A stretch of DNA of 64,000 nt. Source: Antedon mediterranea (taxonomy: Eukaryota > Animalia > Echinodermata). Below are positions 11,405 through 24,822 of this stretch, piece after piece. The stretch is from assembly GCF_964355755.1 (NCBI RefSeq), contig NC_092677.1, positions 23,671,175 through 23,735,174 on the forward strand. Reading direction: 5' to 3'. Positions within the stretch are counted from its first letter, which is position 1. Each line of letters begins with the position of its first letter. The position numbers and the translations under genes were made by a program. Under the pieces are notes generated by a model, which saw nothing but the letters and a program-made list of their open reading frames with translations, did no database searches and was not told the DNA's origin.

Positions 11405-11602
11405 CTGCTTCTCGCAAGCGTTTACGGTGACTTGGTAAATGTATTTCTAGATCGTGCAAAGTATTCTCATTCACTTCTAAATCGCTAGCTGATCTTAATG
11501 TGTCTATATCAGAATTCACAAAGTTCGTAAAGTAATAATCTAGACCATTTCTTCGCAGCCATGAAAAAACTTCAAAATATTCTGACGGTTGATATACTTG
11601 CG
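11405..11602 (-). CDS. SAM-SAM-aspartic protease gene, exon 2: second SAM domain
   Basis: Acceptor tatcttttcag|CG, donor CAG|gtaag, 198 nt, phase 1-1. VFSWLRRNGLDYYFTNFVNSDIDTL..LHDLEIHLPSHRKRLREA fits the SAM pattern V..WL..GL..Y...F....ID....L..L.I...GHR.+L. Confidence 0.85.
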
Positions 11603-12227
11603 CTGAAAAGATAAATAGATTACTTATTAATTGACTGACTGCACGAGGTAATAATATGTGTTTTTGTTAAATACCGTATCATTGATATATTTGGTTTCAC
11701 TTCACCTACAGAGTGGATATAGGTGCTTCTAGAATGTTTTTATTCTGCAGGCCTAGCAAAATGTTTAGAAGGGTTGGATTAGACGGTTGTTACTATTTTA
11801 AGTCATCTAGGCGTAGGCCTATGAAATAAACTTAATTGACTGGAATTGGTTGTTTTCCTTAACCTTTCATGTGACTTATGAATTCATATTCATGTGAAAT
11901 AAGAAGACCTGCGATGTAACATAAATGACTGCGGTTAAAAATAATGGGTCACTGTGATGATTGAGGCCCAACAACTTTACTGTGCATGCGATGCTGTAAT
12001 GTATTCTTTTTTAGTCCCCATGTTTATTTGTTCGTTTATTCATTCAATTAAAAAAAATCATAATAATAATTACTGCACAAAAATAACAAGATTACAAAAA
12101 TGATATGTTTACAACAGAGTTGTACGAAGTATTTATCTTGATACCAACACTTAATTGACTATCTGGAATAGGTTGATTTCCCCTGCATTAATAAACATTA
12201 GTTAAAAGCAAATAATAACCTGGATTA

Positions 12228-12524
12228 AGCTCTGTCAACACATATCAAACATAATGTGACAAAAAAATGTGATGTGCCCATGGACATGATGATGTCATAT
12301 CACTACCATATTCAAGCATATCACAACCATATTTGGGCATATCACACTTTTTTTCAAACTAGTTTGATAGTGTAGAGAGCTTTAAGCTATATCTACACTA
12401 TCAAACTAGTTTGACAAACAAAGTGTAATGTGCCCAAATATGGTAGTGATATGACATCATTATGTCCATATATGGAAACATCACATTTTTTTGTCACATA
12501 AAGTTTGATAGTGTAGACAGAGCT
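12228..12524. mobile_element. Two abutting inverted copies of an AGCTCTGTCTACAC-TIR MITE
   Basis: Copy 1 at 12228-12381 and copy 2 at 12385-12524, separated by TTA. Other copies at ~20099-20170, 41624-42186 and 53898-54372. Confidence 0.8.
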
Positions 12525-15500
12525 TTAGGCATGTTATGCAAATTGTCCATAACATAGACTGAGATGCGCCTACTCTAGGAAATCCATGGTTTAAAAACAA
12601 TTTAATGCTAGTGAATTACATATTTAATTACATACGAAATAAATCCGTAATGAGTAAATTAAATGCAACCGATCACCGCGTTAAAGCAATTGCTAATTAC
12701 AAATATAACATTAGGCATGCCATGTGAACGAGTCATAACAATGTGATCGCGTCATAGACAGTTGATGGTGACGCAATTAAAGTGTCAAATCACACACATT
12801 GAACTCATATGTAACGCATTTAAACTGACAGCAAACGCATTGTCAGTGAATCAGATTGATGTAATACGTTCTGGATTCACTGAAAACGCGTTTGTTAAGA
12901 TTTATTTATTTATTTGAAACTTGTTTTACATGGATGACATTTTCATTAAAATAATTACAAATGGCCCATGATGATGATAGATAGCTTTGATGTATCATAT
13001 CCAAAGAGTGTAATACAACACGCAATAAAATAAACCAATAGAATATTAGTCATTTCAAGACATTATCCGAAAAATGTATTTTTATACATTTGTAATAACT
13101 GGTTAAACATTCAAAATATGATTCACAACGAGGTACTAAACGTCTTGTCATTTTATCGATTGTCGAAGGTATAGACATAATCATCTCAATTCCATGACCA
13201 CGTGTCTATAACTCGAGGCAGGTTATCGCACTGATAATCCGTTGATAATAAAGTAATATAAATAAAGACATTTGCACGGAGGCCTCAAGGACACAATTCA
13301 ATAAAGTTTAAACTAACAATGTAGTAGACCTAATTAAATTTCAGTTCTGTAAATATTATCTTTAAATTGAGAAAAGATTCACTTTCAAATCAAAGAAAGA
13401 GAGATTTGACACAATGCAGAAGGACCAACAAAAACCGACTCACAAAGCGCCCGATCAGGCTTAGTTTTAATTACACCCGTGTATACTCGAACAACCAAAT
13501 GTTTTTTTTTTCTCTTTTGTGGGTTTCCCACTTTTATTTCATCACCAGCATTGTTTCATTCATTGTGATTTTTAAAAATTTATTTTACATTTATTCACCA
13601 AAGTTATAGTGATTGGCCCATGAATCCAGTTCAGAATCCCCGAATAAATAGTTCCAGGCGTTTTAATACCATGTCGTGGGCCCGTCGGGCAAGCATTCTA
13701 TTTCTGTATATGGGCCTGTAATAAATTGTTTTTGACTGAAAAAAGGCGCGATTCCACAAGCAACAGAATATAGAAAATGTTGAACATTTTACACGCTACA
13801 AAATATGAAGGAATTAATAGGCTTTTGTAGTCACATCTATGTCACATGTGTTTAAAGAGAATAGCAGGTCACAACGAAAATTCAGACACTGATTAATTAA
13901 TAATAATATATATAATATATATGTAGGCCTACACAAATTAGAGGTCTAAATGCTAGGTAGGCATTAATTTGCATTTATCGATTACTGTATACCCCTAACA
14001 AACTTCGAAGTATTATGGAACAAATGGCTTGCCCCACACACCTTTATTTAAGTGTTAGTACCTTATAAAAAGCATTGATTGTATTTCAAGTTAAAGTATG
14101 TGTTTAGTAATTCCCCTTTCTTCTGCAAACATTAACAAATATTTTAAATTTACACTTGATACTGGTATATAATAAACATTTATCTTCTAATTTAACGATT
14201 TATGTTACCAATGATTGATTGAGATAAGTATAAAGTGATGTTAATTTTTCCAAAAATGTAATTTTAACCCTTTTAAATATCTAAACAATTTTCCTTGTTT
14301 TTTTTTATTGTTTTCTCTTATATATTTAAATTTGTTTGTGTCTTTTGTGAGATTCACTCACTTTTATTTCATTCTTTACAATTGTTACAATAATCTATAT
14401 CAATTTTGTTTCAGTAGAAAACTATCTCTGCAGCTTAACGTGTTTTGTTTTTCTTTTTTTACATATATACATATATACAAATTTAGAGCATTTAAAAAAT
14501 AGACAGAAGTTATATATAAATATACATCACATAATATAGGTTCACAATTGCCATTAGAACATCAACAACAAAAAAATACTGTAACTCATATACCACCAGT
14601 AAATAAAACTAGTAACTCTTATATATTTGCTAGCTGAATTTTAGTATACTAGATGGTACGCTCGCTTCGCTCGCGTACCATCTAGGTCGTGCCCACAGAT
14701 GGTTCTCGAATAGACAGTAATTTCAGCGTAACAAAACTGGCGATTTCAAATGTACCGCAGGACTATAATACATTGTCGTTTACAGAAACGAATAAATAGA
14801 CACGATGATTTATGTAGTTAACTAAAATTAGCACCCTTGGAATTACTTCCGAAAGAGAAACTTATCACAAAATGAGTCCAAATTTTTGATTTGGACTCAT
14901 TTAAAGAAACCCAATTTGTGTTTTGTATGTAACATTAGGGTTGAGGGATGGGAAAGCGGATATGTACAAAGAGGAACAATTTTTAAATATAATCTTTATC
15001 CACTCAGTAACGAACTATTTTTTTCATGTAGGCCTATAAATAATATACCTCTAAATACAGTAAAACATTTGCGATTTAATACTTTGTTAAAACTGTCACT
15101 GTCATAATCGATTGAAATATTAAAGTACATGTCACGATACACCACTACGACGTTTATATTTTTGGTAATTATTAATTAATACAAACGTTGAGAAGGAACT
15201 GTTAGTATAAAGTTTATTTGTATATAATAATGTGTTTATATATTTAACAGTAGATCCTATCCACAATCTAAGTAATAAAGTTTATTTGTATATACTTTTA
15301 TATTACCAGTGGGAAAGCCACTTCGCGTTTTGACCGTTAAATCGTGTAAAATCGACTTACTTCCGCATTGACGATTTTGAAGCGCCACCTATCGTTGAAA
15401 ACTGAAACCACGATTTTTCGTCGCCTAGCAAATAAGTGCTGTTTTATTTTAAGCTCTCATGAATATTTAAGAACCGCCCAACATTACCTATTATGGTAAA

Positions 15501-15869
15501 AGCATTTCCTAATAAGTATAATTGAATAACCAATCGGTTTCTTTCAAAGAAACCGAAGCTAATACAATACATTCGGCGACTGAAGTCGGGACTCGTGAAA
15601 TTTATAAATGTGGTACGATTTGACTACTGTGTTGTTGTCCATTTTCTGAATAGTCGGAGGTGCATCCCAACAAATTAAAACAATTATAATCAATTGTTTT
15701 ATCAAGAATAATATTAGTTTAATCGAGTATGATATATTTCTATCCTGTTCAAAATTTGTTGGTGTATTCTCAGGCCTCGAAAGGTAGGTACATTTTCTAG
15801 CTGTGAGCGTGGTTTCGGCAACGCGAGACACGTGTGTCAGTATAGGCGATAGCGAGACGTGTGTTGTAC

Positions 15870-15902
15870 CATGGATTAAAGAATAGAATTCTTTAATCCA
15901 TG
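15870..15902. mobile_element. 33-bp palindromic mini-element with 7-bp TSD
   Basis: GTTGTAC|CATGGATTAAAGAAT-AGA-ATTCTTTAATCCATG|GTTGTAC. Confidence 0.7.
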
Positions 15903-18263
15903 GTTGTACTGTGTTGATGCTGATCCGATAGTCGTTAAGTTGTACTGATTACGAGTATCATTGGTCCTGGCCGGCCTAGCCTGGTGATCTGATCCCCCCC
16001 AAAAAATACTTTTTTTCAATCAGTATTAATATATTATTTGATTTATTAGGCTCAATAGATGCCTAGCTAGGCTACTAGTAGGCCTAGGCCTAGATTATAA
16101 ATAATAATAGTAAATACTGTAATTTAATTAATAAAATACAGCTTCCATTTGCCTTACTTTTATGTCATCATATAATATATTATAATTATATATACAACCA
16201 GACATTAAAATTTTTTAAAATAATATTTATTATTTTTTCTGACACTTTCAGGAATCGTTGATGATGCAGAGTTCTTTTTCTTTGTGACTTCAAACTGAGA
16301 GTGAAGTGGATAAAAAGATGACACTGTCATACCCAAACTATAATTTAATTATTTAAAACAAAATGTTGAATTACAAAAATGTATGTTGCAGAGGATTTAG
16401 ATGAATATTACAATACAAATATTTATGTTGAATGCAAACCTACTACACTATACTCTGTAAATTATGTTATTGTCATGTGGTAGACCTTAAAAATTGAATA
16501 TTTATTGTATGTTAGGGCTATTTTATATTTTATTATTATTAATACTGAATTAGTTTAATATTTATACTACAATGTATTAATTTATATTATAGTATACAGT
16601 ACTACTACTACTAGTTTGTACATGTTTTTACCCAAAAAAAATGAATAAATAATTTGTTATTCAATCTAATTGCTTGTTTGTTCATCAATAGCAAAACAAT
16701 TGTAAGCAAGTATATAACAGTTCTTGTTAGCCGCTTATTTCAGGTCATATTATTAGTATTAGCTAGGCCCGACGCGCCCGATCACAACGTCACTAAGTGA
16801 CTTTCCGCCCCTGGAACCATCGCTCGCTAATAGGGCTAGGCCTCGGACTCGTATAAAAGCTATTATAATAGTTATGATAAATATTCCTCAACTAAAATGT
16901 ATACTGTGATAAATAAACAAGTAATAATATACGTTGTATTGGAATGTATTTATTTATATGAATTCTTATATGCGGACAATTATAAACATCGCGTATATCG
17001 TTCGCTATAAATAAATTCATAAACACGATGACGATGAGTTTACAAAATGGCGGTTTCGCTAGTTTTCGATGGAACAAATAGTGGTACCTTTAGTTTGAAT
17101 AGTCGGAGCTGCATCCCAACCACCGAATTTTGTATCTTAATATCGTATTCTGTAGATTATTAATTTTTCTAACAGGGATTTTAAATTCAGGACTGTTCAA
17201 TTTTTCTAAACATTTTATTTTAATGATTTTCTAGGGTACAATTTCGGAAAAAAGACATTGGTTGATTTTGCCGTTAAATTACAGATTATCGTTTTGTTCA
17301 AATACATTTAATTTTACATGAGAATATATTAAAACCATTTATGAATTTATTTCACTAACAATATTTTTCCGATAATCAGCTAAATTTACAAATATTGTGT
17401 TTTTCCAACACCCTAAAATTGAGCAATTTTCAACTAAATTAGAAAAGTAGGGCGCCCTCTCCGAGTCGAAATTTGACACGATTTGTCGACTGGCTGTCCC
17501 ACTGTTACATCTAACAGTACGAACATTCACAGTAAGAAATGTTCGATTCAAATGAGGAACAAAAATAGTTAATAAATATTTACAGTATTGTCAAAGTATT
17601 GCAAGTTTATTCTCAAAGGGCCCATATATTTACCTACCGTATGTGTTAAACCAAGGGCTCATAAATTTACCTACAGTACTTGTGTTAAACCAAACTCTGG
17701 CAGACTGAGAGATTGGGATGTTCCATTCATCGCAAATCAATAGATTTGTATAATCGTATATTAAATCTATCAAAATAGTATTTTTTAAAGAAAATCGGCC
17801 TGTCTTCAACATTATGATGGTGTACTCTAGCTGTTCAACCGGTTTTCAGCTATTAAAAACAATTATCGTAGGAGGAGATAGGAAAATGCGAAGCCTCCTC
17901 GCATTTTTGTGGCGGGTATTTTTCAAGATGGACATCCATTAGACAGTGTATACCACGGTCGGAAAACACCCCTATTTGGGGCAAATCGTTGAACCTAAAT
18001 TCGTTTTAATCGTCAATAACTAATTATCTAACTTAATTTAATTAGTAAATAGGGTTACATCAGGTGGTTAAAATCAGTACCGAAAGTACGAACCAACTCT
18101 ACATACCATCGAGTCAAAATTCTAGAAGTAAGGCGCGATTTATCGAATTTTGCCCTTACGTAAATTTATATATAGATCCTTTTGTGAGAGATAATTATCC
18201 TGCCTCATTGTACTAATTGTCATGCCTACATTTTGTCAATAATAATAATAATAATAATGATAT

Positions 18264-18452
18264 TATAAGGTTTATCGCAAATAGCGTACGCGATGCATGG
18301 TGGGAAGGATTTGGAAGCAGACGTCACGACGCGTACATACGTAATTTGTTGTTTGTACGTCGTACACGTGACGTCTGCTTCCAAACACATCGCATCATGT
18401 ATTGTGCAATGACGTTCCTTGTGAAATCAACCTATTTGCGATAAATGACTTA
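18264..18452. mobile_element. Foldback MITE
   Basis: TTTATCGCAAATAG ... CTATTTGCGATAAA termini; inner IR TTTGGAAGCAGACGTCACG / CGTGACGTCTGCTTCCAAA. Confidence 0.7.
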
Positions 18453-20355
18453 TTATTGACAATTAGTTAGTATACTGTAAACAATACCTATTTCACCATA
18501 TTATGGTGGATTAAATAATGATGTTTGATTCTTTGCAAGCAAACAACAAATTTTCTTAAATATGTACATACATTTAAAAATAGATACAAAATAAATGGAA
18601 AAATGCAAATGCTTGGTGAGGCGTTTTGTTAAATGCGGAACAGCTTCAACAGTTTAAAGAAAATCTTTATCTAAATAGATTCAAAGGCATTTCAGTCTAG
18701 AATTGCGCAGAAGAAAAAATTCCTGAGTCATTTAAAACAATCCATGCATCGAGAGTTACACAAATTATATATAAATATATAAATGTACGAATAAAATAAA
18801 ACACGATATACTATTAATTATCCAATATTTGTAAAATTCAACGTGGAGATAAAATCATCGTAAATGTTAGTCGTAATGTAATGTGAACTAATATTAATAA
18901 CCATGAGGAAAGAGTGTGGGTACGTACATGAACAACTCTTGAGAACCTCAGCCTTTTTACATGGTATTTTTTTTTCGCGCGAATCAATCGTGGACTAGGG
19001 AAAGCCTTTTCATTAGCGAATACATTCGCTGGAATCGAACATTCTTGAATTTTGATTGGTTGCGCATTTTTTTACGTCACACAAAGTATTACATGTCACA
19101 TGCGCAATAGTCAACAGTTTCGATTCACGCGAATAAATTCGTTTATGTCTCCATGGAAAACCGGCTTAATGCGCATGCGTAACTTCATATAAAAAGTACG
19201 CAAACCAATCAGATGTCGAGAACATTTGATACGTAGTTAGAATCCCTCTTTCAGGACACATCTATTAAGGGGACACCCTTATTAAGGGGACACCCTTATT
19301 AAGGGACACCGTGAAACGAACAGCAGATGGTTTTACACAGTGCTGCCAGTTTTTGTTTAGTGGAACCCCTAAATAGGGACACTTTATTGGGTCCCTAACG
19401 TGTCACCTTAGGTTTTGCATCAAAGGTTACAACGCGTGGCATCGATTACCGTCATAATCAATGTGATCTCACTTCCTTATATGGTTATAAATATCATGAT
19501 TCTGTAACAATTATATAATTTCATTTTCGTCGAAACAGGATGCATGACCAGAGTATCTAATACGATTTCACGACTCAGTATGTTTTATTATTGGTGTATT
19601 CAATATATAATTTGTATCCACTCTCCACCCCCCCACCCCCCTTTTTTTTTTCCACAAACAATTGAATTGAAGTGTACATACACATTAATCTATAGAAACG
19701 TGTGTATTCCTCAACGACCAATATATCAATGAGTAAGCACAGAGGTTTAATTAACATAGAAACATCCTAACGATTTTAATAACGACGAAGGCAAAGTTCG
19801 ATGACTGTAAGGTCATTGAACTGAAAAATAGACAATGCTTGGAAAATACAGAATATGTATGATTCAAAATTAATCAGAATGAAATAAAAATTCTAATGAA
19901 ACAAAACAACAATTGTTTATGAGTCGAAGGGAAATTCAGTAAACTGTGACGTCATGATTGCCGTTCGTCATTTCTCAGTCTTGGCTCTATATATACAAAA
20001 TAAGTTTAGGCCTTACCTAATAATGTTTATTTTAAAAATATTTTATATGTTTTTTGAATTAAAGATACTGAGATACAACATTGTCGATAATGGTCTAAAG
20101 CTCTGTCTACACTACCGGGTATCACACTAGTTTGACAACAAATGTGCTCAAATATGGTAGTGATACATTTATCATTTTTGTTATCCGCCTTATTTATTTC
20201 ATTTTTAGTTATAAAAAAAAAACTCGTTGATACTAATTTGAATTGTGTTGCTAAATTTGTTTGGAATGATAAATACATAAAATAAAATTATTCATCCATT
20301 CTATTATACGACGTGAATATTCGAAGCCCCGGATGATGCACTCTATTTCGCCGTA

Positions 20356-20489
20356 AGCCTGGTTCCCACTAGGACGCAATCGAGTTGACCAATCACACGC
20401 GACTGTTCGTATAATCCATCGCTTGAGATTGGTCAAATTACTTTGCGTTGCGCTATTCCTTGCGTTGCGTCCTAGTGGGAACCAAGCCT
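20356..20489. mobile_element. MITE of the TGGTTCCCACTAG family
   Basis: AGCCTGGTTCCCACTAGGACGCAA ... TTGCGTCCTAGTGGGAACCAAGCCT. Confidence 0.75.
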
Positions 20490-23400
20490 TAGCACCAACT
20501 TGAGCTGCGCTGCCCTAAACTACGGAATTGTTTTAAAACCTATTTTCCAAACATTTCCACCAAACCTATCTTGTTCATACTAAGCACCACAGTAAAACAA
20601 TCTGCACAACCAACAACACTTCCCAAGTGTCGCAGCCAAATATTGCTTTTCCCACCAATTATTGTTACTCGCTAAGCGCCATGAAAACTTATATTATACA
20701 AAAAAGCAGTATTGCTTATGACATTGTAATACACTGTATAAAATTAATATTATTATTTCCTGGAATTTAATTTTAGAATGACCTATTATCATAATGGGCT
20801 GTGTTGAAACGCATTGTATCGACTACTGTATCATGCATATTGCATATTCCCCGTGCTCATAGGCTATGTTATCCGCTAAAGTGTTTCCTCGCTAGCGTCT
20901 CGGTCGGAAGAATATTGGTTATGACATTATGTAACATAGAATTAATAATGTAAATTTCCCGGAATTTTATTTTAGAACAACATTATTAATATGTCATGGT
21001 TGGTACTACTAACCATTAACCATTTTTGGAGACCTAATGGTCTAGCCGCAGTCGAAAAGCGCCGTGGCCTATCATGCGCATTCCCCGCGAGTTCCGCAGT
21101 TCAAAGCACCACAGTTTTTCACGCTAAGGCGCCTCGGAAACCACGACGTAGTTGATACCAAACAAGATTCATTGGTTATGACATTATGTAATATATAATA
21201 TAATTAATCACTATAAATTTCCTGGAACTTAACTTTAGAACAACCAATTTAATATCATTCAATCTTGCTTTGTTATCCATGCTGTGAATGCCCTATCTTA
21301 GCCTATACAGTTCCATTTCTTTATTAACAGCCTAGCTATTGTACAGATAACTTGGACGAATTCTATATGTAACACGACTAAGTAAATAAATACCACAAAA
21401 ATAAAATTGCAAATTTTATTGCATACTAAATTTGGAACTAGTGGAAATTCCGTAATTAACAAAAATCAATATCATGGAACCGGTCGGTGCGGTATCGCTT
21501 TTGATAGAACATTAGCCTATAGACACGAGTCAGAAAGCAAGTTGAGTGTTCTATTTGCTAGAATACATAATATATTAATAACAATAGGCCTATAGGGCTA
21601 ATAATAAATATCTCTTCACAAGCACCCCTATTAGTGTTAGATAGCCCTGGTTTGGAAAGCCATGGTACTTCGTTTTCTTTACTTTTTAGGCCTATCATTT
21701 GATTTCGCTTTCTGCTTTTTATTAATTTGTATCTACATTGATTCAGTCACTCCATATCACTTCCCAGTAATTTGTCTTTGAATAGAGGCCTAATCCAATA
21801 TAATAATACAATAAAAAAGCCCAATTGATGATATGTTATAATTTTATTTAAAAATTATATTTTTCTAGGCAAAAATTGATTTGAATAGGCCTATCGACGA
21901 CACATGATAATATCGTAGGCCTATAACATAACATATTACGTAGGCCTACATAATGAATTAAAGACCTAATGATGATACCTAATACAGGCCTAACAGCATA
22001 CATACTCTTGACCGGTTATTTTAAGCCGGCCACCTTTACATTTATACAGTATTATGCTTAGTAATTACAACCATTACAGATATTTTATTGAAGTAAACCG
22101 ATGATCGAATATGATATTTTATCGAAACTTATGGACTCTTTTCTAAACATTATTGTGTAGGCGTAAAAATGTGCCATTTCCGTTTCATAACTATAAATCT
22201 CATGATCGCAATTATGCAATTATTTTATTAATTAATTAATTTAAAACAAAAATATATCAGAATCATTACAGATATTTTATTGAAGTAAACCGATGATCGA
22301 AACTTATGGACTCTTTTCTAAACATATTGTGTTTAGACGTAAAAATGTGCCATTTATTTTTTCATAACTATTATTATTAAATCTCATGATCGCAATTATT
22401 TTATTCATTTATTTAAAACATTTAGGATAAAAATATATTGGGTGTTAGGCCTATATGTAGGCTTATAGAAAATTTTTTAAATATGGTTCTGTGTTTCAAT
22501 ACTGTTAGGTTTAAACAAATACATCAAACACCTAAAAAATTGTAAAAATAAAAAAAAAAATGTTTAGGCCTAAATGAAAACAAAATAAAGCGTCTTAGTT
22601 TAAAGTAAACCTTGAAAATGATTGGAAACAAAAAATGTATAGGCATTAAATTAGCCAATAAAAAAAGGTGGCAGATGGGAGTGTCACACGGGTGAGGTGG
22701 TGTGGTGGGGACAGGGTTCAAATCAAATTGTACATGGACAATTGTTTTCCTTGACGACAGAAATAAAGTAAAACAAACAAAACATTACATGGATAATTTA
22801 AACTATTAACATTATAGTGCTTAACTACACTATAGTGTCCTATAGTATTTTGTTTGATTTATAGGCCTATGGGATCTGTGTGGGTCAAACTGCTCTTTTA
22901 CCGAATATTGTAATTATTATATTGTACCGAAAGATGTATTTCAACACTTTAAAAACGGATAATTATGAAGGCTCAAAACTAATATAATACGCAAAGCGAA
23001 GTATAATTATTATCAGCAAATATTGCTGACAGTCAATTATAATAATATAGGCCTAAATATAATTTATATAAAAGGTGTCTATTTTCAAAGCATCAATCAA
23101 TCGGAAGAAACTCGTGATTAGTGTGCACTATTTCATAATACGGTTCAGTTTAATGAATCATTGGCATCATATTATTGTTCTTAGGCCTGTGCCCGCAAAA
23201 AACGGACTGGTTGATGAATCACACAGTCGGGCCTGCAATAATACAGCCAACCACAGCATCTTCATTCAATACTTACTCAAACATTAATATTCATAGGGAT
23301 TTAATAGGGCTGAAAAATCCCACGTCCCTATTTATTATTTAAAAATAGAAAACGGACTTGGGTGTATAATTTTAAGCAATCGCACAATTGCCTACCGGTA

Positions 23401-24085
23401 TACTCTAAGCCAGGGGCCTAGATGCAGGCAAGTGTTTCGATGGTTTGGTCTTAAATAAATTGTTGATAAGTGTAGGCTATTGAACAATCGTTGTAGGTCT
23501 AGAGTTTTTAACACGTTTTTTCAAATACCACAATATAACATAAGTCTAAAATTATAGCTAACATAACTCGTCTGTGTAACTGATCTGTCGTGCGCACGTT
23601 CTTACTTTTTGTTATACGTTCTTACTTATTTAAACTAAATCATAAAGAGCTATAGGCTAGGCTATTGCCTGTCTACTTTTTAATAATAGGCCTATATTCA
23701 TATGATTTTTATATTCATTTTATAATATAATTGGTCTAACTAGAGGGGTTTACGCCTATCGTCGCCCACTCTCTGACAATAATGATTCATGCCATTTAAG
23801 TAACCTGCCCCATTTTTATAGGTCTAGGCTACATTATTTTTGTTCCATAACACAAGCCTTAGACTGCTAGGCCTAGCCTAGGCCCCTCATATAAAATCAA
23901 GCCAAAACATTTTATTAAAAATAATTGAGCACTTAAAAATTATTGGTACATTTAATACGGACATTGAAATAATTAATCAATAATTAAACTAGGCCTAATC
24001 ATAAAATACGTAAGTAAGGTTAGCCTATAATATAATTTAAAGACTTAGCCTAGGATTATAATAAAAAACAAATGACACTTCCTAC

Positions 24086-24260
24086 CTGCTTCTAAAATAA
24101 GTCTCCGATGTTCTTTGTTAAAAATTTTCATTTGATTTAAATCATCCTCATCCAAATTAGGAAAATCACTTTCAATGTCATATCCTTTAATTTTAAATAT
24201 CTCTTCGTACTGCATCAGTCCAATAGGATGTAGAAAGTTAGAGATGCCTTTAGAGTTCAT
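24086..24260 (-). CDS. SAM-SAM-aspartic protease gene, exon 1: first SAM domain
   Basis: ATG at 24260, donor CAG|gtagg, phase 1. ISNFLHPIGLMQYEEIFKIKGYD..FPNLDEDDLNQMKIFNKEHRRLILEA is a typical SAM domain. Confidence 0.85.
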
Positions 24261-24822
24261 TATCACGCTGTACAGTTAACTAAGTCCGAACGAGCTGTAC
24301 AAAAATATTCTTTTCAGTATCCAACCTCAACCGATTACAGATAATACGTCAGCACGGTGAGTGTCTATGAATGTATTATGTTCGAGAGAGAATCGAAAAA
24401 TACAATAATTCATTTCCCCTTAATTTATTGTGTTTTATAAACTCTATTAAATTTCTTGGGCATGTATTTACTTGAATGGTCCCAACGGCGCTTATTGGTG
24501 GAGTAAAGTAAGAAAGGCCTGATTCTTACTATGACGTCATCAAGAAGGCTTCTCCCAAAACCGGCTTGTCTGGACGTGCCCAAAGGAAGGTCGCGAACGA
24601 CGAATGCCTCTCTCTTTAATTAGCGTTAATATGACGTCATAATATTTTCAACGTATGACCTTTGACATGACATGTGTTTACAAACTTCACAATGTGAGCA
24701 TGCAGCAATTCAAGTCGCAGCGCCAGGCCGCACGGCGGCCACCCGGTTGTGTGGGCAGTGCACACACACCACAACCACGGTCCACGTCGCGCGACTGACT
24801 CGCTTTGTGTGTATGTTGAAAG
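24261..24822. promoter_or_regulatory. Probable bidirectional promoter between the SAM-protease gene and GMDS
   Basis: Divergent ATGs; locally GC/CpG-rich; TGACGTCA at 24532-24539 and 24632-24639; TGACCTtTGACAT (DR1-like) at 24656-24668; AAGATGGC (YY1-like) overlapping the GMDS ATG. Confidence 0.75.
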
